64,000 bases of DNA from Parasitella parasitica NRRL 2501 (lineage: Eukaryota; Fungi; Mucoromycota): contig MU619326.1 of assembly GCA_025201805.1 (NCBI GenBank), positions 5,258 through 69,257 of the forward strand, written 5' to 3'. The position numbers were made by a program, and so were the translations under genes. The notes beneath the pieces were generated by a model. The model saw nothing but the letters and a program-made list of their open reading frames with translations. It was not told the DNA's origin and ran no database searches. Every line of letters begins with the position of its first letter. Position 1 is the stretch's first letter. Shown here in pieces: positions 42,690 to 55,933 of this stretch.

Positions 42690-43281
42690 ATGTCATTTAC
42701 AAATTATGCAGAAGCAGGCCCATCAACAACCACGAGGATAAATAGTTTAAAAAAACCAATAAAACCAAAGCTTGAGCTTGCAGAAAAAGTGGAGATATAC
42801 GACTCAACAACAGCAGAAAGTTTTTTGGATTACTCGCTACTTGTTTCCAATAATGTCAGTATGGCTCGCGACCAGCTGGCAAATGAAAGGAATTGGCTCA
42901 CCTGGTTTCGATTGTCTTGCACGCTCATTATACTAGGTACTTTGCTAACATTGGGTGGTGTATGAAAACAAAGCGTTAATTTACACTATTGCAGGGTTTA
43001 CTGTGTTGATACAATTTCGACTCCCAGACGGGAGCAATGATACACCTCGATCTGATATATCAAATGAACCTGTGGGATACATTTTTGTGGCGATAGGACT
43101 TATATGCTTTTGTGTTGGTATAGGGAAATACTTTAAGAATCAAAGATTATTGGTAAAGCAAGCGACGTTTGTGGAAGCAGGGTGGGGAAGTTATACAGCC
43201 ATAGCCATATTATTTGTATTCGTCTGCACCATCATGATTTTGGCCTCTACCAATGCATCCGCTACATCTTTTTTGAATTAA
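42690..43281 (+). CDS. DUF202 (YidH/Vtc1-like) small membrane protein, 2 exons
   Basis: ARDQLANERNWLTWFRLS signature followed by three hydrophobic helices; intron ~42937-42994. Confidence 0.88.
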
Positions 43282-43361
43282 AACTCGGATGTTCAAAAAG
43301 GAATATGTTTAGCACTCTTTTTCTTTTCTTTTTCTCTTTTCTTTATTACAAACTAGTAAAA

Positions 43362-45166
43362 ATGTCTTGGTGGGGTCAGAGTCCATTTGATGAATTAGTT
43401 GGTTTGTTTTGATTTTCTTTTTTGGGGGGAGGGGGATTCGTATGAAATGGGGATGCTTACTAGAAACTCTTGATAGAAAAAGCAACTTCAGAGCTTTTGC
43501 CTGGAGGCCAAGAAGACCTCGTTCTAAACTTGGAAATCAGTGATCAAATTCGTAGCAAAAAGTTCAACGCCAAAGATGCTATGCGTTCCTTCAAAAGAAG
43601 ATTGGAGCACAAAAACCCAAATGTTCAGCTTGCTACTCTGAATGTAAGCGCACTTTTTAGACTATTTTTTTGCCATAACAATTGGTAACATTATGCGATA
43701 GCTTGTGGATACATGTGTTAAAAACGGAGGTGACGTATTTGTTAAGGAGATTGCTTCGAGAGAATTCATGGATGAACTTGTTTCCATGTTAAAAGCACCT
43801 GTAAGTACCAACCATGAGCATTTTGTTTAGTCTTTCTTATAGCTGTCTTATAGACTGGCTGTAACATTGATGTAAGGAACAGGCTATTGAACGTCATTCA
43901 AACCTGGGGGTTGGCTTCTAAGAATCAGCCTACTCTCAGTTACATGTCTGATACATATGCTTTGCTAAAAGCTGAAGGTGTGCAATTTCCACCTGTGACG
44001 GAGAATATCGATGGTATTCTGTTTGAAGCTGCAGCTGTAAGATGAATGGATCATGTTGACATGAAATGATGGCTAACGTAATGGGATAGGCACCTGAATG
44101 GTCGGATTCCGATGTGTGTGATAGATGTCGTACAGCTTTCACTATAACAAATAGAAAACATCACTGCCGCAATTGCGGCGGCACTTTCTGCCAACAATGC
44201 TCAGCCAAGACAATGGCATTACCAAAACTTGGCATTAATGTACCTGTGAGAGTGTGTGATGGATGCTATATCAAATTAAAGTTGGATAAAGCCAGCATCA
44301 GGCCAACTACTTCCACTAAAACAACAACTCCACAACCCTCTACAACTGCGCATGCTGACAATAGAGAAAACGCCTATGACGACGATATGAAGAAAGCAAT
44401 CGAGCTTTCGCTGAAAGAAGCTGAGCAACAAAAAACAAGCTACAGTGCTGGTTATGTCGCCTCACCTGCCCAACAATATCAAGCTCCATCAGTGCAGCAA
44501 CAGCAGAAAATCCAAGATCCGGTCGAGGAAGATCCTGATTTAGCAGCGGCCATTGCAGCTTCCTTGAGAGACCTTGAAATCTCCAAACAACAATCTCCTT
44601 CTCAGCAGCAACAGCAGCAGCAAAACAAGCATGATCTATCACCTGTTGAGATGGAGAACATACTGCTTTTTTCAACATTGATGGATCGAGTTTATGCAAC
44701 GGGAGGTGATGTGTCCAATGACACTCAAATTAATCAATTGTATACTCAAATTGGTGCCCTGCAACCGAAATTGATCAAGAATCTCGATGAAACTATTCGT
44801 AAAAGAAATGCCTTCATTGAGATGCATGAAAAGTTGAACACGGTGGTAAAGGCATATGATCGCTTGTTAGAGGCCAGAATTGCTAGTGTAAGCTACAACA
44901 CTCTACCTGAGCAGCATTATCAACAGCAGCCTTTGCATCATCAACCAGTAGATTATTATCCTCCTCAAAGTGCTCCTCCTCCCCAAAACTATTATCCTCA
45001 AGACTACAACAATTATCAGGCGCCTGCTCCTTCTACTGTTAATAACCACCAAAACAATTACTCAGCGCCACCTCATTATCAAATATCTCCATCACAACTT
45101 AATGGCGCCCATTTAGCAACAGAGCAAAAGCAACCGGTCGACGAGGCCCCATTGATTGATTTGTAG
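43362..45166 (+). CDS. VPS27: ESCRT-0 subunit Vps27/Hrs (VHS-FYVE-UIM)
   Basis: [21 protein letters not shown] domain, [28 protein letters not shown], two UIMs ([13 protein letters not shown]; [14 protein letters not shown]), C-terminal clathrin box PLIDL. Confidence 0.96.
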
Positions 45167-45443
45167 TAGTTGATTATAGTTTTTGGATATTGTTTTAATG
45201 ACTAACAATAAACAACATGATTAAGAAAATCGAAGAGCATCGTTTGATAGTCGTTCTGTGCCTAGAACTGAAATCTATATCCTAAAGCCAAAAAATGACG
45301 CATGATGAGCCCTGTTTGTTTTATATAAATTTATTGTAAATACATGACGAAAGTACTGAGAATTGCTCAAACTTCAAACGGCTTGTTTGACTTGACAGCT
45401 TTATCTTTGGTATGCTTTAGAGGCCTGTCGACTTTTGCTTATA

Positions 45444-48241
45444 CTGTCATTTTGCAGTTTCTGAAAAAAAATTTCAAGTAAATGATAAAGGTCATGGTAA
45501 TTGTGATGATAAATATTAGGGTTTCTGGTAAAAAAAAAAACCCCCCTTTTATTTCTGATAAAAGCTAACAAGTTTCTGAGAGAAGAGAAATGTCTCCCTG
45601 AAAAAATTTCAAGTGGGGATTTCCACATTTAGAAAAAAAGAATAATTGCTTTGTTTCATTCTTAGTGAAAATACAAAGAGAATGTGTCATATCTTTAAGT
45701 CCAAGGTAGTCTTTAGAAAAGGTTACGAATATCTATTGACAAACATCTGTGGTTTTGGGTGTGGGTATGTCTGTTGATTTTGGGTCAAAACCCTATAATT
45801 GGATTCAGGAACGGAGAGTAAGGTTGAAGATAAACACATTTATGTCCTTGGGATTTCAATAAATTTTTATACAGATCATTTTTTATGAATGAGTGTGTTA
45901 TCCTGGTGGCAGATTGTTTTATTTTCTCTGGCATTTTCTTATACTCTCAGTTGATTTGGCGTCTTCTAGTGTAGAAGGTCTTGTCAGACGTATGCCAAGC
46001 TGGGTTCTCTATATCTAGTTGCACAGTAGAACAGCAAGTCAAAGCTGTGCCATTTTTTCCATAATGTAGGAATGGTTCAAAAGTGTGTGTCTTTGCAAAG
46101 CCAGCGGACGTTTCAGGCGCCTGATTTTTTTTTTTTTTGGTCTACGCGTACTTCAGTGTGTTAATGTCAACAACTGTAAGAAAACAATGTTTAGCCATGC
46201 CAAACACTAAAACAAGTAATGCAAAGTAATGCATTAGACTATAAGGCACCTTTTGATTACATATTTGCAAAGCTTAGAGCAAGTTTTTGTACTTTTTAAG
46301 TTGATATCAAATGAAGGTAACGACTTTTTGGAGTTTTTTTCGGAAAAGTATTTTTTAAAATTTGAGCGTGAGACCTTCAGACCAGGTACAGACATGAAAG
46401 TACTACCATTAGAAAGCCAAAAAGCACATCATTAAATAAACGAAGTTGCAGTTGTATTTTTCTTGAATTGGGTAATCTGCGGCTTCTCAAAGCTAATGCT
46501 TTCTTCAAAAATCATTATTTTTCTTTAACAGCGGAGATTAAACGCATCCAAAATCAGGAAGAAAAAATTCTTTCAGAAACTCCATTTGTACAATCAGAAA
46601 ACAAAATTACTTCTTTAAGGCAAGATATCGTCTTCTGATACTATGCATACCACGGCTGTCAGTCTATGATAATAGCTGTATTTTTGGACGTTCTATACGC
46701 TGGTATCATTTCGTTATTTTCTTATGCTTATGGAGGGAATTATGTCGAGAAAACCTCAAAACAGATCAAGAGGGAAAAGTCAATATTTTGCTTAATCAGA
46801 GCGCATTTCTAGTATTTCAGATCAAGGAATGGTCTTTTACGATCATTTTCTTCTAATATATACTATAGTAAAAAGTTGCATTTTTGAGGTCAAAATCGAG
46901 AACAATGCATAATCGATGATTTTGGATGCGTGGATACAAGGAAAAAATCGAAAAAATCCGTCATTTTGCATCGAAAAAAAAAATATGCTCGAATTGCACC
47001 AAAATCATATATAACATAGTTTTTTATCAATGGATACTATTTTTCGTGTTTCAAGGCACTTTTGATTATGAAAATTAACCAAAAAATGGCTCGCGAAGCT
47101 AAAGCTCTTGCTTTTAAGCTGTAAAAATATCTTTCTGGAGGTCATATCACGTCAATATCAATTCTACAGCTCTATAAAGTAATATTTTTGATGCCACTAT
47201 TATACCCTTCTTCATAGTAATATGATAAAACAGGTATGGCCCATCGAGTTGGAAGCAGAAAAGGATAATTAATGAATACAATGTTTGCTGCAATAATAAC
47301 CCCTTGTTGTTTGTGAATAATTCATATAAGTTGCTAATTGTTAATGACAGAGAAGCCCTGTTACCATTATTGCTTATAATAATGCTTAATGTCAACTCAA
47401 GGGTTCCTTTTTTTGTGATTCTAATGCTAAGCATGTAAAATAGAAAGTAAAGTAGAGGTTCGGATTTAGGTCGAGGGCAATTTTACTAACAAAAGTTAAG
47501 CCTCATAATAAGCTTCCGGTAGATTCCAGGTTCCAGGCACTGTACTGTAATTTTAAATAGAGGGTAACTTGCTATACCAAACGCATTTTTGTACACCAAC
47601 CCGCCCGTTATAACGAGTCCCGACCGTATATTCTTTCCTTGATATTGGATATGCTGAATTAACAGATGTTACATAAAATGATAATGTAAAGTTATAAAAA
47701 TAGAGATTGTCATTTGACTGAATATGCTATGATTTTTGAAAAAAACGAATAATTAAATGAAAAAACGGAATGAAATAGTTAGCTTAAACTTTGATTCAGA
47801 GATAAACTGCCATTGTGTAAATGCATAATTGAACAGATACGTAAAACTTGATGCCTTATTAATATAAGCAGTTTGATACTTTCATACTCTATGGTTTTGT
47901 AATTTAAACATGTTTTTTTGTTTAAATACCTATGCACAATAGCTGTTTGATCAAAAATAAAATAATTAGAGCGTCGCAATTTCGCATAATCATTATAAAA
48001 TTTCCCTATTCATGGTCATTTTTAATCTAAAATAGAAATCTGAAAATGTGATTGTATTTAATTCTTCTTGTTCCAACTACAGTAGAAATATTCTTAGGGA
48101 GACAATTCTCTTCTCTCAGAAACTTCTCAGTTTTTATCAGGGATAAAAGATTTGTTACAAAAACCCTAATATATATTATCACAATCACCAGGTCCTTTAT
48201 CATTTACTTGAAACTTTTTTTTCTGAAGCCATAAAAGACTG
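45444..48241. mobile_element. Non-autonomous Tc1/mariner-type DNA transposon with ~165 bp terminal inverted repeats
   Basis: 45444-45610 is an imperfect reverse complement of ~48085-48241 (shared TTTCAAGTAAATGATAAAGG, ATATTAGGGTTT, AAGTTTCTGAGAGAAGAGAA.TGTCTCCCT). Ends read C(T/A)GTC and are flanked by TA at 45442-43 and 48242-43. No intact transposase. Confidence 0.8.
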
Positions 48242-48371
48242 TATGGCAACGACATTGCACTCGAGTCACAACCCATGACGTTTGAAGCTCTTACCCCCCC
48301 ACCTTTAAGGCCTGTGATATATTTTCTCTCTCTTAAAGTATACTTTAAAGATACATATTCAAATAAAAAAA

Positions 48372-49336
48372 ATGGCTGCTATTCTTGAAAAGATTGCTAA
48401 ACTTGCTATTCCTGCTGGTCTGGCTATTGGTGGCATCCAATCTGCCATGTACGATGGTAAGTATTTGAAATTGCAAAAGTTTGCAAACATCAAAATAACA
48501 TTTCGGGGGGGCTTTGTTTGATTATCATAGTTCAGGGTGGCTATCGTGCTGTTATTTTCGATCGTATCCAAGGTGTTAAGCCTTCTTCTATTGGTGAAGG
48601 TACGCACTTTTTAGTTCCTTGGCTTCAACGTGCTGTGTTATTCGACGTTCGTACAAAGCCTCGCAACATTTCCACTACCACTGGCTCTAGGGATATGCAA
48701 ATGGTCTCTTTGACTTTGCGTGTACTTCACCGTCCTGAACTCAAGAACTTGTCTTCCATCTATCAAAATTTGGGTGAGGATTATGATGAAAGAGTTTTGC
48801 CCTCTATTGGTAATGAAGTTTTGAAGTCTATTGTTGCTCAATTCGATGCTTCCGAATTGATTACTCAACGTGAGGTTGTCTCTGCAAAGATCCGTGAAGA
48901 GTTATATAAACGTGCTAGAGAATTCAACATTGCTCTAGAAGATGTTTCAATTGTGAGTATATGAAAAGAAGAGCCAGGGATAAGAAAGAGTCATTAACAT
49001 GTCATCTAGACCCATATGACCTTTGGTAAAGAGTTCACCAATGCTGTAGAACAAAAGCAGATCGCTCAACAAGAAGCTGAGCGTGCAAAGTTCATCGTTG
49101 AGCGCGCAGAACAAGAAAAGCAAGCTGCCATTATTCGTGCAGAAGGTGATTCTCAAGCTGCCGAGATGATCTCAACAGCACTTTCCAAGGCTGGTGATGG
49201 CTTTATCGCTTTTAGAAAGATTGAAGCCTCAAAAGATATTGCTCAAACATTATCTCAAACTCGCAAAGTTACTTATTTGCCTAGCAACAAGAACGGTAGC
49301 GGATCAAATATGCTTCTTAATATTGGTTCTGCTTAA
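48372..49336 (+). CDS. PHB1: Prohibitin 1 (SPFH family), 3 exons
   Basis: [68 protein letters not shown]. Confidence 0.95.
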
Positions 49337-49440
49337 ATTCTAGACAGTATATATATTCATAAATGGCACATACACAACAAAAATTGTAATAATAAAGTAA
49401 ATGGTTTAATAAATTAAGGGCATATGTTTATAATGCTCGT

Positions 49441-49646
49441 TCAGAATCCTAAAAATGCCTTGATGCGTTCGAAAATACCAGGGCATACACAGCGTTCTTC
49501 CTTGGGTACACCTTCTAATGCTTCCTCAATGTGTTGACCACATCCTATGATATAGTATTGATAAAAGGAATTCAAATTGTTATTTTTTTTTTCCTACCTG
49601 CCCAAGTAGGCTTTTTACATTGATCACAAGTTGTTCGCTCACACAT
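49441..49646 (-). CDS. 50-aa Cys/His microprotein (probable metal-binding), 2 exons, not in the ORF track
   Basis: Exon 1 49646-49598, GT-AG intron 49597-49545 (53 nt), exon 2 49544-49441 give MCERTTCDQCKKPTWAGCGQHIEEALEGVPKEERCVCPGIFERIKAFLGF* (153 nt, in frame). Confidence 0.85.
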
Positions 49647-51733
49647 TATCTTGATAATTTAGATGTTTGAACTGGTATGAATATCTTGGACGCAAAACTA
49701 AAATACTTATAGGCGGTTGTCAAAAAGGAGAGTCTACGAATCCTTACGCGGCTATTCTAGTATGATTGGTTGTCAATGGAGGCAGTGTGTTTTATGTCTT
49801 GGCCTTCCTGCTACAAAAGCAAAGTCTTCAGTAACAGCTTTCTTCCAGTAGCAAAGATTTGATTTTGTGCCATTTTCTTTTTGGTTCCCTGTGTGTAATT
49901 CGTAGTGGTTGTTGCAGTAAAGACAGCTGCGTGTTCATTGTTCGGACAATGCTCGCGGTGCTTTTGTCGATAGAGGATTTTGGTGAGCGATGGTTCACGG
50001 TTGAATTTTTTTTTTTCTGACTCCACATGTTCGAGAACCTTGTCAAAGAAAATACTATTTTAAGATCCTGAAAAGACTAATTGACCTCAAAGTATCCAAG
50101 ACTTATGAGATTAAATACTGATTCGCATCAAAATTGCACTGGCACTAAATAATTGACTTACGTTCGGCAAGGAAGCAGTTCTCTGTTGTGGGCTCAAATA
50201 TCATATTTGGAGGGCTGTAGATGCGCTTACTTCTTCGCCGAATCCCTTTGAGTATTTACTGTGTTACTGATGCATATTCACTTTTTGTGTAGTGCAATGC
50301 TTTCATCTTTTGTGGATGGGGTAATGTTTAGTGGCATTTAGCTTAAATGGACGTCCACATTCACTTCTAGCTATTCAGCCACTGGAGTCATAGACTGTTG
50401 TTGGCTAAAACAGCTTCAAATGCATCTTCTGACTGCTCATTAACGCAGTCTTTGATGAAAAATTTTTGTGAATATCAACAAATATAAAAGGATTAATACC
50501 ATTGCACTTCTATGGCGTTTTATAATATTATGGAGACTTGAAGATTACGAAAAGGTATGTATTGTGTATCTATTTTATTTATGAGAAAGAAGTATTTTCT
50601 TGAATCATATTCTTTGTAAATCTGCTGGCCAAGGATTATAAACATATTTGCTACTTCTGAGAGATAATGAGGTTATAAAATATCACCAAGATCGATGAGG
50701 CAGCATATTTACAAAGACTTTTATTTTTTCACGTCAATCACCATGTCACTAATATTTACTGTTGTAGTTTCTTCCTTCTGGAGATGGCTTTATCATAATC
50801 TTGCAAATGTTTTGTTTAAAATAAATATCTTGTTTTGCAGCTTGTTGAGCTGCATGCCATTCTAATTATTACAAATGTCGCTTTATGTTTTATTCCGTAA
50901 CATGATTGAAAATTCCCGGCTGATTTGGTTATACTAAAATGAAGTGAATGTTCATGAATCATTCGGGTCTATTGACTTGGTCCGTAGCTTATGGCACTTA
51001 TTTTTAGAAAAAACCATTTTATCATTCTCACTGGACTCCTTTTTGTGAAAAAAGAAATGTTGCTATTGAGATGCTTTAACAGAAATAAAGTATTAAATCT
51101 TGATGCCAACAATAAAAAAGCGTTCTTCAAGTGCGGTCAAATCGTAGTGGATTAAAGAAACTTACAAAATCTTTGGATGCTAATGTTGCTTTTAGCAATA
51201 GATTTGATACTCAATGTATCATGGATGTAATACCACAAAAGAGGCATCTTCAAGTCAGATTTCAGCTGTATTGTATAATAGTCATCTAGGAAGCATTCTT
51301 GGCTGTTTACAGATGGAATAGTTGGTCTTGTATTCACTCAAATGAGGCTCTAAAGATGTGTAATAGATGATACAATTGGTTGGTATCCGACAGCTACAGT
51401 CACGAAGTCGAGGAAGCTGAAAAAAGTAATATAAAGGTAGGTGCAAACACCCTTTTAGCTTTTTTTTTTTTTACATTTATCAGACTCTTTCTTCGACTCT
51501 TGCTTTAGATATAGCCCTCCCCTGCGTCTTCAATAAAAGGAAGTTTGATATTTAAGGTATGATAAGCAAGATGCACTGTTTCTGGCCCTCAATTAACTCT
51601 CTCTTACCTCTGTATTTCCCTTTTTTTCGTTTGTGCCCTCTTTCTACATTTGATACATCTGTACCCTGGTTTAATTTTTTTTTTTTTCTGCTTCAACCTT
51701 GAAATATTTTCCGTAGATCAGCCAGATATAAAA

Positions 51734-53918
51734 ATGAACGTAGATACTTCGCCAAATTTAATGTAATTTAAATGCAGTAAAGTATTGACGCGTTCAAATG
51801 TCTAATGTCCATTCCTTTCTAGTCGTGAAGAGTTTGAAGAGATTGACACAGCACTAAACAAACCAAAGCTAGAATTAAAAGAAAATGTATCGCTATTAGA
51901 CCGCGGAAAAGGTATCAGAAAACAGGTAAAAAGGACTCATTTAATCAGTGTCGTTGGTATCATTAATAACTTAGATGTAGTCAAGAGCAAATTCACTTTC
52001 ACCTTCGATCCCAATCGGCAAAACCAACATGACTCGCGACCAAATCAAATATTGTGGAGCTATTATGAGAAACTTAAAGAAGCACAGAGACGCTGTGCCT
52101 TTCTTACACCCTGTCGACTATATAAAATTAAACGTGCCTGATTATCCAAAAGTCATCAAATATCCCATGGACCTCAACACAGTAGACCAAAAATTAAACT
52201 CTGGAGAGTACGGTAATGTCGAAGATTTCATAGGCGACATCAGATTGGTTTTCATGAACTGCTACAAATTCAACGGGCCTGAAGCTATGATTTCCATGCT
52301 GTGCCAGAACGTGGAAAATGCTTTCGAAAAAAGTCTAAGACAAATGCCGTCTTCCAACACTGTATGTATTTCGAAATAGAAATGGTTTTTGGTATTTAAC
52401 GTATGGTTACAGGTCTCCACTCCTGCTAGATCTTTGTCTCCTTTATATAACGATGATGATCAAGAAAAAGTCAAGAGAAGAAAGAAGAATCCCAAACACA
52501 AGGCAGTTCAAGATGATTTAGTCACGGAGGCAGCATCGCTTCGCAACTCTGAAGAGGGAAGACCAAAAAGAGAAATTCATCCACCACCTTCCAAAGACTA
52601 TCCCGAGCCAATGACAAAGAGACGCAACCCCCGAAAGAATGACATTCGAATGAAGTACTGTACGCAAACGTTGCGTGAACTGAAGAAAAACAAATATAGA
52701 GACATCAACTATCCATTCCTGACTCCTGTGGATGTCGTTGCTCTTAATATTCCTGATTATGTGAACATTGTAAAACATCCCATGGACCTGGCTACTATCG
52801 AAAGGAAACTCGCCGATGGTGATTATGATGAGCCTGAGCAATTCGAGCAAGACATTCGTTTGATGTTCAACAACTGCTACTTGTACAACCCGCCTACATT
52901 GCCTGTTCACAAAATGGGTCGTGATTTAGAAAAAGTATTCGATGAAAAATGGGCACAAAAACCCGCTACTCGCTCACCTTCTCCCGTTCTTGATGAAGCA
53001 GGCGAAGATGATGAGGATATGTTGGATACAAATGATCTGGATGTGAATGATGGTGATGACTCTGATGAAGACGGTAAGTCAGTTGAAAAAAAAAAAAAAA
53101 AAAGGAGGGCCCGGGCAAGATATAGAGATACTCATACTTCTTGTTTTGGGTTCAAAACAGAACGAGACCAGAAAATTGCAGAACTTGAGCGTCATATTGC
53201 CACTATTGCTCAGCAAATTGCATCAATAAAAGCTCAAAAAAAGAAAAAACCAGAAAAGGTTGTTCGTCGTCAAAGTAAACCCGCCATCAAGGAAAAGAAG
53301 CCTATTGTCAAAGAAAAGAGGAAGCGGGTGACAAAGAAGAGAGAGCCACAAATGTCTGCTAAACTACCCGCCAAACAAGTGGTCGAGGAGCTCCCTGAAT
53401 TCACATTTGAACAGAAGAAGGATTTGAGCGAACAAATCAACGAGTTAACGGGTGATCGTTTGAACACTGTTGTTACTATTATTCAAAGTTCCATGCCTAA
53501 TTTGAATGGAGTAAGTAAAGGGTTGCGGTTGGTTTGTATACCAAATATTTACTGATACATTTTTATGTAGCAAGGACAAGAGGAAATTGTATTAGATATC
53601 GATTCACTTGATAGACGTACTCTGCACAGGTTGCATGAGTTTGTCACTGGTGAGAGCTTGGTGAATAATTCATCCTTGCCGTCATCGAAAAGACCAAGAA
53701 CTCACTACGCAGAAAGAGATACTGATCGTCAAATAAGGCAGCTTGAGAAGACATTACAAAAGTTCAAGTCTGGTAAGCTTCAGCCTTCCTTTTTTTTTAA
53801 TCACTTCTGCATGATTGATCTCACGTATTTTACATTAGATAATGAGTCTTCCAGCGAAAGTGACTCTGATAGCTCTTCTGGCTCTGATTCTGATGATTCT
53901 GGAAGTAGCTCTGATTAG
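51734..53918 (+). CDS. BDF1: BET-family double bromodomain plus ET-domain protein
   Basis: Two bromodomains (PFLHPVD..PDYPKVIKYPMDL; PFLTPVD..PDYVNIVKHPMDL), ET domain FTFEQKKDLSEQINEL..EIVLDIDSL, SEED-like Ser/Asp tail. Start ATG approximate. Confidence 0.93.
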
Positions 53919-54809
53919 ACGTAGATACCTTCAGTTTCCTTGTTTTGATTTAAATTTAATCTGTTGAAAAAAATTAATAAAATGTGCATATAAATCTACT
54001 CGATCTTTTTTTTATTTTTATGATTTTGTTGCCAATACTCTTGATGATAAAAGTTTGCACAGAAATATCAAGATATTTGGCTGAAAAAAGCTAAATAAAC
54101 GATTTGTGATGAAGAGAGTATAGCATGCCCTAATAAAAATCCCCATTTTTAGCCGTACAATTGAGAAATGCCCAAACCATCGTTTTTTTCGTTTTATATG
54201 CTTGACCCAAAATGACAAGAGTCGCAACGAAATCAGTGCGGCAATTTGTATCTATTGAATGTGGGTTATGGTTTGGTGTGATTTAGGCGATGAAAATTGC
54301 CAAAAGCTATTGAAATGTCCCATCTAAAGCCCTGCTTTATGCCATTTTTGGTGAAACGGTTACATGTTGTATTACACTTTCCCAAAATCGAGCAGATTTG
54401 TTTGTTTACGTTAAAGTGCTTGTTCCTGAGTTATTTGTTAATGCTCGGTTTTCACGAGATGATGATCGAAGAAAGTTGCATGTGATGCTTTTTTTTTATT
54501 AACAGATTAAGCAAAGGCAACATATTAACCTTGGTGTTGTATCATGCCTCTACTGGACTAAGACAAAAGGCGTTTTCACTGCTTTGATAATATTCAACTA
54601 TATAGAAGACTAGTATCAGACATTATTTATTTAGCTGTATATATGTTACGTGTACTGAGCATTTTAGATAAATATTAGACATCTTCCAGCTTCTAAATGT
54701 GTCTTCACCAACTGCTTTACAGGGTAGTTACCGATATCCTCGGCTTGTATGTACTTGTCAAGAAAAGGCTAGCAAATTTTTATTTAGGATATGAAGAGAG
54801 AATATGTAT

Positions 54810-55933
54810 CTAAAAGGTTTCATCATCATATTCTTCTTTTCCTTCTTCATCCTCAGGAGGGACTTCAAAGCCGTCTTCTGTGCTATACAGAATAGATTGA
54901 ATACCTTGTAAAATGGGGTAGGCTTCATGCTCTTCAGGTTTTCTTTGAGCCTCTGCACAGGTAGCGTCGATTTGCTCCATGTTTTCTTGAACATCAATCT
55001 CGATCTCTCTCAGTTTACCGAAATAAAAATCACGCTCCTTTTCAAGTCCATCCACGGTCAACTTGAGTTCGGCAATTTGCTTGTTCAAATCAATAATCAT
55101 GGAAGCTGAGTGATTGTCCAATACACTAGCACGTCCACCTCTGCTAACACTGCGAGTGGCTACAGACAAAAGTCATTCAATATTTTAGCTGAATAAAACG
55201 CAAAACAAAAGTCAGGATCTCCCGACGTACCTGGGGTTTTGGTTGCTTTTTTGCCAGCAGAGCTTACACGACCACCATTTGCGGTTGTGGAAGATCGAGT
55301 TACTCCAGTGCTTAATCCTTGACTGCGACCCTTAGCATCGTATTCACCTCCAGGGTAATTTTGATCCCAAAACCTCTTTACCCATTGCATGAATTCCAAG
55401 TTGTCTTGAAGCTTACACTTTGTGAGACGATCGACAGGTACAATCTAACACAGCATTGTTAGATTTTTTTTCTCCCCTATTGCTCTCTAGAATTGGTAAT
55501 AAAATACCTTGTCAATTCTATATATTCGAAAATTGTTAGTATGGAATCAATGCATACACATGCCATGGCAACATACTTTTTTTTCTTGAATACGTCTTGC
55601 AAAACCTTGAAATTAGCAACGTATTGGTATTCTGCGTTTGCATCAAATTTGACCTTTTTTTTTAAAGGGATATCACCTGAAATCAGCAGTGGATCAATAC
55701 GTGATTCAGCTCTTTACATTGTGTATAACTTTACCATAGATGGAATCAAAGATTTGGCAGTAAGCAATGCCTATTTATGATTCCCCCCTTTGATTTTAGT
55801 ACTCTTACTCTGACCTGGCCTGACCTGACCTGGAATATTCAAAATTACCTGTTCCCGCTTGTTCTATTTTGGTGTAATTCAGCCCTAAAAGATCGTTCAG
55901 CCACGATAATAATTCAGTGCGAGATTCTCCCAT
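54810..55933 (-). CDS. BIM1: Microtubule plus-end tracking protein EB1/Bim1/Mal3
   Basis: [34 protein letters not shown] domain, [12 protein letters not shown] domain [16 protein letters not shown], acidic C-terminus DETF. Confidence 0.96.

Noticed and set aside
45401-48234. Two similar short ORFs (45401-45628 minus, 48052-48234 plus) that look like paralogous genes
   Set aside because: The similarity comes from the terminal inverted repeats, not from a protein family.
50100-51350. Coding-like minus-strand fragments, and similar tracts at ~4390-5000 and ~6900-7560
   Set aside because: Too many stops and no recognisable motif; no family can be supported.
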